Shown here piece after piece: positions 1 through 13,772 of a DNA stretch of 64,000 nucleotides (positions within the stretch are counted from its first letter, which is position 1; each line of letters opens with the position of its first letter). Below the pieces are notes generated by a model. The model did no database searches. It was not told where the DNA came from and saw nothing but the letters and a program-made list of their open reading frames with translations. The stretch lies in the NCBI RefSeq assembly GCF_001194135.2, contig NC_068982.1, positions 123,567,997-123,631,996 on the forward strand. The letters are read 5' to 3'. Both the position numbers and the translations under genes were made by a program. The stretch is from Octopus bimaculoides. Its lineage: Eukaryota.

Positions 1-1320
1 AGCTGTCTTGAAAGCAACAAAAGTGGTTTGTGACATGAAAATATAGGGAGAAGAGATATTTTGGCCCATTTATTTGGCATTGCTGATTCAATGCTGACTT
101 GTTTGACAGCAGTTGTTTTAATGTTTCTCTTGTTCTCTCCTACCTCTCCGTATACTTATGTGTGTGAGAATTTTCTCTTTATGTGTATGAGAAGAGGAAA
201 AGCATTTAATAAATTGTAATCTCTCTCTCTCTCCTACTCTCTATCTGTGTGTGTACATTTCTATGCACATGTATAAGAGTATGTGTTTTGCCTCCAGTGT
301 CAAAACAAACTGAATCTCCAGTAAACTGTGCCAAATCATCAGCATCCAAAAAGCTGTGCCCAATTGTCTCATTTCATAAAGTAAATGAGAAATGGATTGT
401 AATTTGTTTAGGTCTATATCAATGAGGTCATTAAAAATATGTTTTATACTAGATCATAATTTCAAAGCAGATGAGAATTTCTCAATTTATGGGTCTTAAA
501 ATGCTTGTACCAGAGACTAACCAAAAAAACCTAATCTGTATTCATTCACTACAGTTGGATGTAGAGTGTCATGGTGTCCTCATTTCAAACAATATTTTCT
601 GTGTCTCAAAAGAATACTTCAGTATAGTGATTTGTCCCAGCTTCATTAATTATAATCTAATTTCTAAAAATAAATTTTCACAAATATTTTCCAGTTTATA
701 AAGTGATTTAAAAATTTTTGCTTTCCACAAAACTTTTGGCTTTTGGAATGAACAGCTTTAATTAAAAAAATTTTAATTCATTTTTTTGTTTTAAAGTATG
801 AACCTCCAACAAATGTATAAAATACCAGTGATTAATTGTGTGTTTTGTTAATGTTTTATTACATTGTGAGTTTAACCATTTTAATTTTTGTTCAGTCTTT
901 TTTTCAACAAATGATTTAGTGCAAGACATTATACAAATGATTTAATTTAACAAAGTACATTGTTAATAACTCTTATTCTCATACAATATGTCATCATCAT
1001 TTAATGTTCATTTTTCCACGTTTGTATGGGTCAAACAATTTGTTGAGGTAGGTTTTCTATGGCTGGATGCCCTCCCTGTCACCAACCTTTGCCTGTTTCC
1101 AAGCAAGCTAGTATTTCCTTATGGCTGGATATGTTTTTCAGGGAAGACTAGAAACAAACTGTATCGGTTATATGACAGTGATGGTCATTTATAACCATCA
1201 CATACATACATACATGTATTCATGGCAAGCTTCTTTCAGTTTCCACCTACTAATTCCCAGAGCTGTAGTAGAAGACATTAGCCCAAGATGGTGTGTAGTG
1301 AGACCTGAACCTAAAGTAAG

Positions 1321-1365
<45 letters not shown>

Positions 1366-2139
1366 AGTTGTATATTTAAAAAGACATTATATAGACATCC
1401 TGGTCGTTGTACAAAACTTAATTTTAGAAGTTAAAACGAGTGTTCATAAACCTCTATCAACCATAATAAATAGATTATATAACAAACAATCATTGTAAGC
1501 AACTATAAAAATAATACAAATAGTGAAAATAGGATACTGTCCTTTCCATGGAAATACAGTCAATTTAACAATTGCTATTTTCTTCTCACTTATGGGAATA
1601 AGCGATAAAAGAGATATGAAAAAAAAATTTTATGCTTTTACAAAGGTAAAATATAATAACATGGAGAAATACAGGTAAGTGTAGACATGCCTATATGGTG
1701 AAGAGGTATCAAGTTTGATTTTATTACATAATATTTTGAGTGAGTATCTTCGACTATAAACTTAGGTTGACAAGTACCTTACTTGTGGAATATTATAATC
1801 AAAAAAACTGCACAGCAACCTTTTATGTATTTGTGTATGTATGTATGTACTTTTCTCTCCTATGTGCCAAGCATAAATTCTTGTGGTTGCTTTCATCTCT
1901 GCCCATTATGCTACATTATTTGGTGTACCTCAGTCAGTTGGTGATCCCTTGACTCTGTATAAATTTTTGTTGTACAATACAATTTGTACCTACCCTTGTA
2001 GTTATATATACGTGTACCTGGTTTGTATATTTGTAAACAACTCAGGTGTGATGTATAAATATCAAAAATAATATCCATTTCTTCACAGAGTGTGGTTTTA
2101 ATCTATGGACTGCTAGGTTATGGGCCCCTACACTTTAAC

Positions 2140-2495
2140 TCTGCAGAAATGAAGGTAGTATGCTCCAGTGGATGTGCAACATCGGTGCACATGCACAGCA
2201 AAGTGCAAATGTATTGAGAGAAAACTTGGGCATAAGAGAAATCAAATGTAGCATGCAAGAGAGAAGACTATGTTGGTTTGGACATGTGATGTGTATGAAT
2301 GAGGACAGCTGCATAAAGAAGTGCCTGTCACTGAAAGTGGATGGTATCTGCAGAAGAGAGAGACTCAGGAAGATGAGAGATGAAGTGGTAAGGACTGATC
2401 TCAGGAAGTTGGGCCTCACAGACGAAATGACAATGGACCAAGATGTCTGGCGATATGAAATTCTTGAGAAGACCTGCCCATGTCAGCGAAACTGA
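2140..2495 (+). mobile_element. RTE-clade LINE, ORF C-terminal fragment
   Basis: MLQWMCN...LRENLGIR...QERRLCWFGHVM...EVVRTDLRKLGL...DVWR matches the RTE C-terminal RRLRWFGHV/DL-GL/WR pattern. Confidence 0.85.
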
Positions 2496-3523
2496 GCCCT
2501 AGAAGCGCTGTGTGTCCCACCCACACTTAACAAAGAAACTTTTCACACACCCTACCACAACAAACCAAACTATGTCTCTTCCTCACATTTACGCTTCATG
2601 CACTATGCTTACCTCCCACTCCTCAATCCTGTCCTCTTGGCCCCGTGTAACTGTACCATTACTCTCCACTTGCCCCCAACCTGTGTATTCCACCCACACG
2701 TAACAAGAAAACTTTTCCCTTACCCTACCCCAACAAACCAATCTACATCCCCACATCTCTTCTCTTTCTCACATTTCCTCCTTCATACACTATGCCTAGC
2801 TCTCACTCCCCAATCCTATCCACATGGCCCTGTTCCTCTGTATCATTGCTATCCGGTAGCCCACCAACTCTATATATACCCAGATTTTTCACCACTTACT
2901 CTCACTCTTTAATCACACTTCCTTCACAATATCCTGCCACTTACATTATGCCCTGGAACTTGCCACCATCTATATCTCTCTCTTCCTTTATTCAAAAGTC
3001 CCATTTATATTCTGATCCCTGTTCCTTGTATGCCTGGCATTTTGCCACCATCTCTCTCTCTCTCTCTCTTCTTCTCCTGCACTTCTCTTAGGTTGGGTAA
3101 CCGTGTATTTCCTTTGCAATAGAGCACCTGTTTCTGTCTTCATTCCTGGTCTCTCTCTCTCTGGCTGGGTAACCTTGTACTTCCTCTACAAGACACCTAT
3201 TTGTCTCACTATAAACTTTCATCATCCAACACAAGATCACCTCCTCCCCCACTGAAAGTTTTTTTATTTTTGTCTTGCAAGTACTTGGTGACCCTGTCAG
3301 TGCAGGTGCTACTTAAAAGCACCCAGTCCACACTTTAAAGTGGTTGGTGTTTGGAAGGGCATCCAGCTGTAAAAGACCTTGCCAAAACTGACCTCGCTTG
3401 TGCTTGTGCCACATAAAAAGCACTAAGTCCACTCTGCTAGCATGGAAGGCAGACATTCAACGCTGATGATGCATTATTTCTTTTATTGTCTGATCTGGTT
3501 TATATTGTTTCTATTACATCATC

Positions 3524-3733
3524 CATCATCATCGTTTAACATCCACTTTCCATGGGTTGGATGATTTGACTGAGGACTGGCGAACCAGATGGCTACACCA
3601 GGCTCCAATCTGATTTGACAGAGTTTCTATAGCTGCATGCCCTCCCTAACGCCAACCACTCCGAGAGTGTAGTGGGTGCTTTTACGTGTCACCAGCATGA
3701 AGGCCAGTCTAGCGGCACTGGCAATGGTCTCAC
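3524..3733 (-). mobile_element. SINE-like repeat with (GAT)n tail (family C), partial
   Basis: Near-identical to copies at 35176, 37034 and 54681 (gtttaac...gatttgactgaggactggcgaaccagatggct...). Strand is inferred from the tail. Confidence 0.8.
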
Positions 3734-4134
3734 ATCATATTTATTTATTATTTTTATGGATTGGATTATTTAAAATGTATGAAATAAAGTAACTACTCAA
3801 TACATACCATAGCACTGGGATATTTACTTACTGGAAGGAGACATTTCACTCTGATGTGTTTTTCTGAATGTCTCTTCATTTGCCATTTTCAAATCAGCCA
3901 GAAGAAAATCATTTCTACAAATGTTTTCCCAGTACAGTATAGCAAGCAAGCTTGCTAATGTTTAATCATTTGACTTCTACCTGCAAGGCAGGAACTAGCT
4001 TCTAACAAAGATACAAAACTCCATGATTAGAAAGTTGATAACAAAACAATGTGACATGTTGAACTTGAGTGTTGCATGTTTTTTTCTGTTCTGCTTATAG
4101 AGTATATTTATAATGTGTATATGAACTGGTTGGT

Positions 4135-4517
4135 GGAGGTGCAATGGCCCAGTGGTTAGGGCAGCAGACTCACGGTCATAGGATCGCGGTTTTGACTCCC
4201 AGACTGGGCGTTGTGAGTGTTTATTCAGTGAAAACACCTAAAGCTCCATGAGACTCCGGCAGGGGATAGTGGTGAACCCTGCTGTATTCTTTCACCACAA
4301 CTTTCTCTCACTCTTACTTCCTGTTTCTGTTGTGCCTGTAATTCAAAGGGTCAGCCTTGTCACACTGTGTCACGCTGAATATCCCCGAGAACTACATTAA
4401 GGGTACACGTGTCTGTGGAGTGCTCAGCCATTTGCACGTTAATTTCACGAGCAGGCTGTTCCGTTGATCGAATCAACTGGAACCCTTGACGTCGTAAGCG
4501 ACGGAATGCCAACAACA
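4135..4517 (+). mobile_element. tRNA-derived SINE (family A), full length
   Basis: tRNA-like head with A-box tggcccagtgg and a B-box-like sequence. Reverse-complement match to 38543-38909 over about 370 nt. Confidence 0.9.
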
Positions 4518-6914
4518 AATGAGCTGGTCGATTTCGTTTTTGATATTTTTATTGTTAACTCCTCTAGTACTACTGGTACTTTTACTGTTAACTACTTCAA
4601 TAAAGTTGGTACTTTACTGCTAAATACTCCCATGCAGCTGGCACTCTCACTGCTAACTATGACTACATAGCTGGTTTCTTTACTACTAACTACTCCCATT
4701 TAGCTGGAAAAGATTTTTCATACTTCCTACTCTCGAACATCCAGTGTAAAGCTAACCATGGGTGAAGCAGGGCTCTTCAAGGTGTAAACCACCAACTGAA
4801 AATGTGCCCTTGTGGTTTGTTGATGGTCATGGTAAAACTAAGACTCACTAGAAATTGAAGTTGTTTAAATTGAAATGAGACACCATCTCCTGAGTCTGTG
4901 TGATGGAGGCTCTTGTGCCCTTATTATCTAATCAATACATCCTATGATTGGGTGTCTCCTGGAACTGCGCATGAAAGGCTCATGTTCACATATCATCAAG
5001 TCTATTCCTTCTCTGTTTGAGTGCCTCCTGAGCTTGTTGCTGACACTTTGTGAGGGTCTTTAGACACTATCACTCTAATGAAATTCTTTACACAAACACA
5101 AACACATTCAGTGTAAGAGATATACATATGCAGAGGAAGAGTGAGAGAGAGTATGGTAAATATACAGAGGGAGAAGTAAAGTTTACAATGAGAAAAGCAT
5201 AAAAGACAAAGTTGATAGACAGATGCATGACTGACTTGCATTACCATGTTATATTGAGAGAGAGAGAGAGAGAGAGAGTGTGGTGAATATGCATAGAGAG
5301 GGGAAAAATACAAAAGGACAGAGAGAGAGAGAGAGACAGATAGCTAAATTATACTTTGTTATTACTAACTCATAAAACCCTTCTAAAGAGGATACAGATT
5401 TCAAAAATCAAATCTGTTTTTCTCTAGGATGCACCGTTTTGAAACCTTTTGGTGACAGACACATACAAAACACAGTGAGTAGCTTGTTCCCCAGTTCGAA
5501 CATGCATCAAACATATTTGAACTGATAATAAGATCGAATAATAAGGTATCACTGCTTAGCACTACCCCTCCATAATTTACTTATGGTGAGCCACCATATA
5601 GCGCTGCCAGTCATTGCACAATGACTGGAAAAGCATAAGAGCTAATCTCTTAATTCAGCTCGCACCTCCGTCTGCTTAGTGTCTGTGACCGATGAAGAGA
5701 CAACTACTCCGAATGTTAACATCTCACAGTCTAGGTAAATAGCACTGCAAGCTGATCTAGGTGTATACACACCATTTGTCAACAAGCGAAATATATTCCC
5801 CGTGACAAAACACAGTGAGTAGCTTGTTCCCCAGTTTGCATGTGCATCAAACATATCCGGAGTGATAATAACATTGCAATTTCATTTACCACTGCTTATA
5901 TCACTGAAATATATTTATATTTTACTAATCTTGTTAAATTTACTTTTCCTACTATCAACAAACAACTCATTAAAATTAATGATCTTCTTTTCTCATAAGA
6001 AATTCTTTGAGCAACAGTAATGAGAGAGATTGTTTTTTTCTCTCTCTCTTTCTCTCTGGAAGAAATTGGTTACAGAGAAATCTGGAAGGAGATGGGCTCC
6101 ATCAGGCTTAAAATGCTGTAGACATGCTATATGTCACAAAGGTACCCCAATAACTCCTTCAGGTGTTGAGAGCTGAAAAACTTGACAATTAACTAATACT
6201 TGGGTCTTTGTCTTTAGGCATTTTGAGTTAAGGCTATTCTACCAGTTTGGGGAGTTGTTTCAACAACTCTTTGTCTTATTCTTCAATAAAAAATAGATTA
6301 TTAAGGGTTTCCAAACATATTCAATTCTCAACTTCTGAAATATTACCTCAAAGGCAAATGGTAAAGAGAAGTACCTTAAGTCTCAGTCTTGCTGTTCAAT
6401 GGCCAATTTATACTTCAAACTCAACATTTTATTTTCTGGCTGATATTCTATTTCTTTCATTCCAGTTACTTTCTGAACCCTATTTTAAAATTTGATGGTT
6501 GGTAACCATCAAAATTTTGTGTTAAATTATATTCTAAATACTAGCTTTAATAAGGACAAAGTTATTTTACTAAATTCATCATTATTTTCCAAATTGATTG
6601 AAGCAAAGCTGGTGAATTTCAACAGAAACATAATAATGAAAGGATTTGACTTACTAAAAACAGCACTATTAAATAAAATATATATTTATTGATTTCCAAA
6701 ATAGATGTAATACATTGGGAAAGAGTACAAGTCATCCTACAAACTCCAGAATTAGACTGGTACTTATTTTTTTAACTTCAGGGCAAAAAGCAAATTTAAC
6801 TTACTTTCTGAGATTATCATGGTGACATCCTCAATAGTATCTGACAGTCCATCCATACTTTTCTCATAGAAAAAAAAAGAGAGAGCATCCTTGATGGACT
6901 GAGTGCCCAATGTA

Positions 6915-7147
6915 CAGCTGTGGTCAAAAGTTTGGAACATTAAAAAAAAAAATCATAATTGTTATGCCCAAGTACAATTTGATTCAAATATAACTTTAGG
7001 CATTTAATATAAAAATTCTTAATTTTCAGACCTATGTTCCAAACTTCTGATCAAGTAATAATATATTGCAAATTAAATATAACTTTGACTATTTAATATA
7101 AAAATTCTAATTTTCAGGTCTATGTTCCAAACTTTTGGCTACGACTG
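6915..7147. mobile_element. Tc1/mariner-type MITE
   Basis: TIRs cagctgtggtcaaaagtttggaacat / atgttccaaacttttggctacgactg, TA on both flanks, and an internal tandem duplication. Confidence 0.85.
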
Positions 7148-7686
7148 TAAAGCTGACCTGATAGGTAACCCTTTACTTTGACCACTGAGCAGGCAACTCT
7201 TAAATTTGATCCCTAATCTTCAGCCTAAGTTCACTGACTGCTAATCTATGCTTGCATGCATGTGTGTATGTGTCTGTATCAGGGGAACATTTTTCTCTAT
7301 TCAAATATCTGTTTACAATTAATTTGTCTTATCTCTGTTGAGTGGTTGGTTACCAGCTGGCTGCCTGGTATGCTAAAATAAATAATAAACATAATAAGAT
7401 AATTTGCATTACAAAACATTTATTTCCTGTTCATGTTTTTGTGTGATAATTATAGTTTCTATGCACCATATTAATTTCATTTTAATATTCGATGTTATTA
7501 ACATTAAAGCCTCTTTCTAAAATGATACCACTGTTCCCTTTCCAATGTAGTCTGCTTAAAAACTATGTGGAAATGAATATCTTTGTGAATCTATGAATTC
7601 TACTTTAGGATCACTTTTCAACAAAGGAGGTGTTTTGTGGTTTGTTTGGCTAACTAGAAATACCAGCTAAATCTCTAAGTCTTAAT

Positions 7687-7792
<106 letters not shown>

Positions 7793-8266
7793 GAAAATAT
7801 ATTGAATAATGTAGTCTTTTTTCTTTCACTTGTTAGGGTCTGGAGAAAGTGGCAACACCCATAGCCTTTGTATGCACTTCCTAGATTGGTGAGAGTGATG
7901 CTGGCAATGTTCCTCTTAAAGTATTATAAATCAAGACCTATAAGAAAGATACAAGCAAAGAGGGAATTCCAGAAGGCTGATGTTCTGGAAAGGAAGGACA
8001 AAACATAGCAATTAGACAAGGGAAATAAGAGGAAGAGACACAAGTGGTTTGGGAATGCCTAAGCAAAGGTGGGATGAGCCCAGCCAGCTCTGAGGAGTAG
8101 ATAATATTACTGTAGTAGAATATCTAACCATTGATGCACATTTGTGCATGAGCTTTTATCTGTTGTTTCAGTTATTGAAGTGTGGCCATGCTGGGGCACT
8201 GCTTTGGGTGGCTTAGTCGAACAAATTGTCTCAGTACTTAATTTTTTTAAAGTCTTGTACATAGTC

Positions 8267-8426
8267 GCGGGAGTGGCTGTGTGGTAAGTAGCTTGCTTAC
8301 CAACCACATGGTTCTGGGTTCAGTCCCACTGCGTGGTACCGTGGGCAAGTGTCTTCTACTGTAGCCTCGGGCCAACCAAAGCCTTGTGAGTGGATTTGGC
8401 AGACGGAAACTGAAAGAAGCCCGTCG

Positions 8427-8462
<36 letters not shown>

Positions 8463-8710
8463 CATATACACACACATATATATATATATATATATGTATG
8501 TATATGTATGTGTGTGTATATGTTTGTGTGTCTGTTTGTCCCCCTAACATCGCTTGACAACCGATGCTGGTGTGTTTACGTCCCCGTAATCTAGCGGTTA
8601 GGCAAAAGAGACCGATAGAATAAGTCCTGGGGTCGATTTGCTCGACTAAAAGCGGTGCTCCGGCATGGCCGCAGTCAAATGACTGAAACAAGTAAAATAA
8701 TAAAAGAGAG
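8267..8710 (+). mobile_element. tRNA-derived SINE with internal (TA)/(TG) microsatellite (family B)
   Basis: Head ggagtggctgtgtggtaagtagcttgc...gggttcagtcccactg. Homologous to 51061-51516 and to partial copies near 9230, 45340, 45570, 53080 and 53590. Confidence 0.88.
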
Positions 8711-11097
8711 AGTCTGTTGTCTCTTCTGCTGAACCTCTTAGTTACAGGAGCATAGCCCAATCAATACTGGTTGTCAAGCAACGGTTGTGTGACAAATAGA
8801 AACACACACACAACAGTTGCTCTCTACCAAATGCACTCTCAAGACATTGCCCAGCCTGGGATTATAGTAGAAGATATGTCCAAGGTGTTGTGCAGTGAAA
8901 TTGAACCTGAAACCACGTGGTTACAAAACAACCTTCTTAATCACAGACACATCTGCACTTTTAACTATGACAGATTCTATTATTTTTTTCATTTTATTCA
9001 TCGCTTTGTAATTTATGTCCCCATGTTGTGTTGTCGCTGTCTGTCCTTGTACCCTCCCCTCTGTATTCGGGCTTTTGTGTCTAATAAAGAAGTCAACTAT
9101 GACAGATTCCTATAAAATATCCTATAAATTTCACTGACATAGGATCGTTAAACCTGAAGCTAAAGACTTACTTGCGTTACCACGCTTGGTTGTGTACCCT
9201 CGTGCATAGGCATATTCAGAGGGTTTATTTATTTTTTTTTATCTTTTACTTGTTTCAGTCATCGGATTGTGGCCTTGCCGGGTTTAGTCGAACAAATCAA
9301 ACCCAGTGCTTTGTTTTTTTTGCAAAGCCTACTATTCATTTTATCGTTCTCTTTTGCTGAACCGTTAGTTATGGGAACGTAAACAGAACAACACTGTATG
9401 TCAAGCGGTGGTAGGACCCCCACCCCAACACATAACGACGAGCTTCTTTCAATTTCTGTCTATCAAATCTACTCGCAGGGCTTTGATCGAGTACAAAGCA
9501 GTAGGACTGAACTCGGAACCATGTGGTTGGGAAGCAACTTTCTAACCACACAGCCATGCCTTTGTGATCATAGTGAAAATGGGTTTAGCAAGGCAATGAT
9601 TTCTAAAATAATAGTGACGGGAGAGGTGCCCTAACAGCTGGTGTGATTCCCTGTGTTTTTTCTTCTTCCCTAGTTAATGAATAATATCCTAGCAATAACA
9701 AGATTTTTATAGACCTGTAAAAAATATGTATGCATGTATGGTACACATATGGAAAATATAGAAAACATTAAAATGCTGTAAACAAGCAGAATAAAATAGT
9801 ACACGTGGAAAATTCCGAGAAGGTACTAATAAAATAAAATATGTTACGTATAGTAGTAATATGTGTGGAGTCATGTAAAAACAGTAGTAAACTTTTGTTA
9901 CATTGCTTTCGTTTTTGTACTTGTAATAAAGCACGTAAACATTCGTGAAGATTACATAAATCGAGTTCATGCAGTTAGTAAGATATTTAATGCTGTGAAA
10001 ATTCAGTTGATGTAGTTAAGAAGTTTACTTTACAATCACGTGGTTCCTGGTTCGATCTCATTGCGCGCAAATCAGCCATAGCTTCTATTCTGAATGAAAT
10101 TCGGTTGACGGAATCTGTGCAGAAGCCCTTCGGATGGACTGAAGCTATTCTTGGGCAGTAGTCCTAAGCTGCCGCCCAGTTTAACACCACTGTCTGATCA
10201 TGGGATGTTTTTGACAGAGTAAAATCAGGAGCATTTAAGCTAGATGTTTGGCCCGAAAATAACCCCCTCATTTCTCCTGCCGGTCTCGGAGGCACTAAGT
10301 AAACCATTAAAAATGGGGCCATATTTGTTTTAAAATTAATTTATTCACATTAAAAAAAAAATTATTTGAAAATTTCAAAGGTCATTGTTTAGTGAAATAA
10401 CGCCTATTACTTCAGTAAACATTTAACAAATATTCTGAAGACAATGGACATCGCTGAAGTTATATAGCCCTAGGTCAGTCTATATTAAGTAACCATATGA
10501 CTAAAGATATTCTAGCAATGACCAACCCGCCTTGATTCCATGCAGTGTGGATAGCATTACATTACCCAAAAAGTAAATTACCTTTCCCTTTTATTTTATT
10601 CGAGGTATATTTTGCTGCTATTACTAGCACTATGGACGGTCACGTGGTGGCTCTTTCTCGTTGGTTCGACAACATTCAAGTTTTCTAGCCATGTGTAAGC
10701 GCGAAAACATACTAAGATGCTCAGTTAAAGAAAAAAAACCCTCAAAACTCGATAATATAAAAACAGAACAAGAAGACAACCCCCCCCCCCCCAGATATTT
10801 CACTTATTTATTTACATTAAATGTTAGATAACAATAACAAAGATGGAAAGATAATTAAATAGTAATTATTGCCAGCGATTGTAGTAGCGAAAGCCAAATA
10901 CATGACATAAATGAATCGATTAATAAACGAAGGAGATAGTAGGGGGGGGGGAGGCATGATATGATAATGAGCTGGTGACGTCAGTCGGACAATCGCGGGT
11001 TAGCAGCCAGCGTATACGTTCATGTGTTAGTTGCTGAGGTTTCTTCCTCTCCGCATACATACACACACATATATATACACACACACATATATGTGTG

Positions 11098-11140
<43 letters not shown>

Positions 11141-12388
11141 CTGACTACCATAGTGAACGCCAGATACAACAAATTCAGTTATTCTAATTCATTTATGGTC
11201 ACTACTTCTCAACTTCCGAGCTATCAGGCCTCTAATTTGAAGTTATTTTTGGCGCAGTGTTGTATTTGAAATGGACCAAACTTCGTCGACCTCTCGTACA
11301 GGTGTGTCCAATATTAATTTGTTTTCTTTCTTGCACTGTCTATTTTTCATTGATTCTTTTATCTTTAACTCTTTTTCTTTTGCTTTTGTTTTACTACACG
11401 CTAATTACCAAATAGTTACTTGTATTCGTCCAAACCTTTTATTCATTTAAATCACATTTTATTTTTGCGTTAATATTGTCAGTATGTTGCGCTTGATGAC
11501 TTCAACAGTTAATTACCATGACACAAAGCAGTAAGCAAGCACTGTACCTTATATAATTTACTTACCATTCATCTTTTGTCCTACGCAAAGCGTGCACTGA
11601 ATCGTAGTATTATTTCACTTAGGCCAACTTTTTTCCTGGCATAACATGGATATTCATCTTTTTCTAGGAACTGTTGTTTCTACATCCGTACGATTCAAAG
11701 AGAAAGCAGCATGGCGTGAAAGATTTCCTATATCTTTAGAAAATAGGCCCTTTTAATGTAAAATCCATCATTTGGAATCAGTAAATAAAAGAAAAATGAG
11801 TAGTTATTTTTAGTATCTGTCGTTTTAGATTTATTAAAAGTATGAATGACAATCTTTCGAGATTCCATCGGATGATCCAATATCTCCAGCTGGTTGGTTA
11901 TTGAATAAGTGAAATGTGATTTCTGAAGCATTTGTCGTTCACCTGCTACGTTCCATTTTAATATTTAAAATCCAATCTGGATGAGTTATAATGATAATGT
12001 ATAAAAAAAAAAATTGGGGAAAGAAAAAGGAAAAAATCTAAATATATAGTAACATTTCATTGCATATTTTTTTTCAAATTTCGACCAACGTGATTAAAAA
12101 TAATTCCATCATTGTTAAAATTTAGTCGGCCAGTAACACGTGTTAAAAAGAAAAGCGAAAAAGACCATTAAATGGCCTTTTAGCTTGGGAGCCGTGGAAT
12201 AAAAATAAATTTTTTCAACGTTCTGCTACTGTCTCCTTATTTTTTAAGGGACTTTTGAGGGGGGTGCGACTGATTTACGATTTCAGTCTATTGAATGGAA
12301 GCCCCCCCCCCCCTTTTTGCATGAGGGGACGTAATTGAACGCACCCAGCTAAAATACACGTCTATGTTTATATTATATATAGTATATA

Positions 12389-12552
12389 GGTACTACTAAA
12401 GCAGCACGGTCCCGAACGCGCAGTCGATCCTAACCCTATCCCTAACCCGCGTGTGCAAATGAATACGTGTTTAGGGTTAGGATCGACCACTCACGACTAG
12501 CTAGCGCGGACGCGCGACTGCGCGTTCGGGACCGTGCTGCTTTAGTAGTACC
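12389..12552. mobile_element. Palindromic MITE with 38-bp perfect TIRs and TA flanks
   Basis: 12389-12426 is the exact reverse complement of 12515-12552. There is an inner 15-bp perfect inverted repeat and CCCTAA/TTAGGG motifs. Confidence 0.88.
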
Positions 12553-12554
12553 TA

Positions 12555-12590
<36 letters not shown>

Positions 12591-12594
12591 ATGA

Positions 12595-12764
12595 ATCTCG
12601 AAGCACATCACATAAAGCTATAAATTATAGCATGTAAACATCGAGATGAAAATCCTTTTTGAATAAGTCGAAGGCTGTCCGTGAGACACGAACCCACGAT
12701 TCCTGTTGACATGACAGGGCACTTCAACCCAATATTTATAGTTGTATATGATGTGCTTCGAGAT
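12595..12764. mobile_element. Inverted-repeat element with a tRNA-like core
   Basis: 31-bp imperfect inverted repeats (12595-12625 / 12734-12764) around a minus-strand tRNA-like segment. Confidence 0.65.
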
Positions 12765-13772
12765 CTATTCCGAAAAAAGAATTATTTCGTGTTCTTTCAA
12801 AAGTTTATTTAAAGGCATAAGGGCGAAAAATGTAGATTTGTTTTGTGTGCTTTATCTTTGTAGGTAATATTAAACAAGTTATTTCAAATAGTCTACTCGA
12901 GAATGTTCATTATCGAATACATTCCATAGTTACCTTGAAATACCGTTAGAAAAAGCACGCTTGATTAAAAAGAAAATCAAAGAATGAGATGAGAGAATCT
13001 CAACTTGATCAATCAACTTGCTAGAAATAGCGGGCAAAAATCTCCCTTCACTAATCTTTAATGCCATTAAAAAAAAAAAAGGTAACATCTTATAAATGTG
13101 ATGGGTATTTTTCATTCTTCATGGGTCTTCTGTATCGGACCGCCGTGTTGGATTCTGGACGCTTTATCGTAAATACTTGTATTGAATTTTTTTCTTCTTG
13201 ACAAAACTAAATATAGAATATTTAAAATTATTTCCAATCCTCTAAATTTTGAGAATTTAATTTGGTCATTACGGACTCTTGACCACTGAAATTTTGGAAA
13301 AAGTCGTACTGTTTTTCTATTTAAATTATATTACACATGTCCCCAATGAAGTAAGTGAATCAGAGTAAAAATCTTGGAGATGGTCGACTTGGGAGACGAT
13401 TGAGAACACTAATTTGAAATACTGCACATGTAGACATACGAATTTGTTTATCTTATTTTGTTTTGAAATGTAGGTTAATAATGAAACTGTTGATTTTCTC
13501 GAAACTTGTGTAAACAAGTGGACAGCTATCTATTTATCAGGCATGTTATTTTCGTTTCAGTCAAGTGTGCTTTTTATTAACGCGGCAGTCAGGAAGTTAG
13601 TCTCCCCACATTAAAAAAAATTCAGTTCTTTTAGTGAAAGTAAACCCCATCTTCCAGAATATTCGATTATTTAATCTTTTTAAAAAGAAAAAAAAAAAGC
13701 TTTTTTTATTTACTGCTAAAATTGTGAATTTAACTGAATCAGCGAATACTTCTAAATTTTAGGTAAAAGATG

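Noticed and set aside
4135-4210. tRNA genes at SINE heads (also 8267, 38840, 46100, 61308)
   Set aside because: Each runs into a SINE body, and I could not see a complete cloverleaf.
11566-11956. Minus-strand coding exon ending at a GTAAG donor
   Set aside because: All three frames contain stops before the donor; at most it is a non-coding exon.
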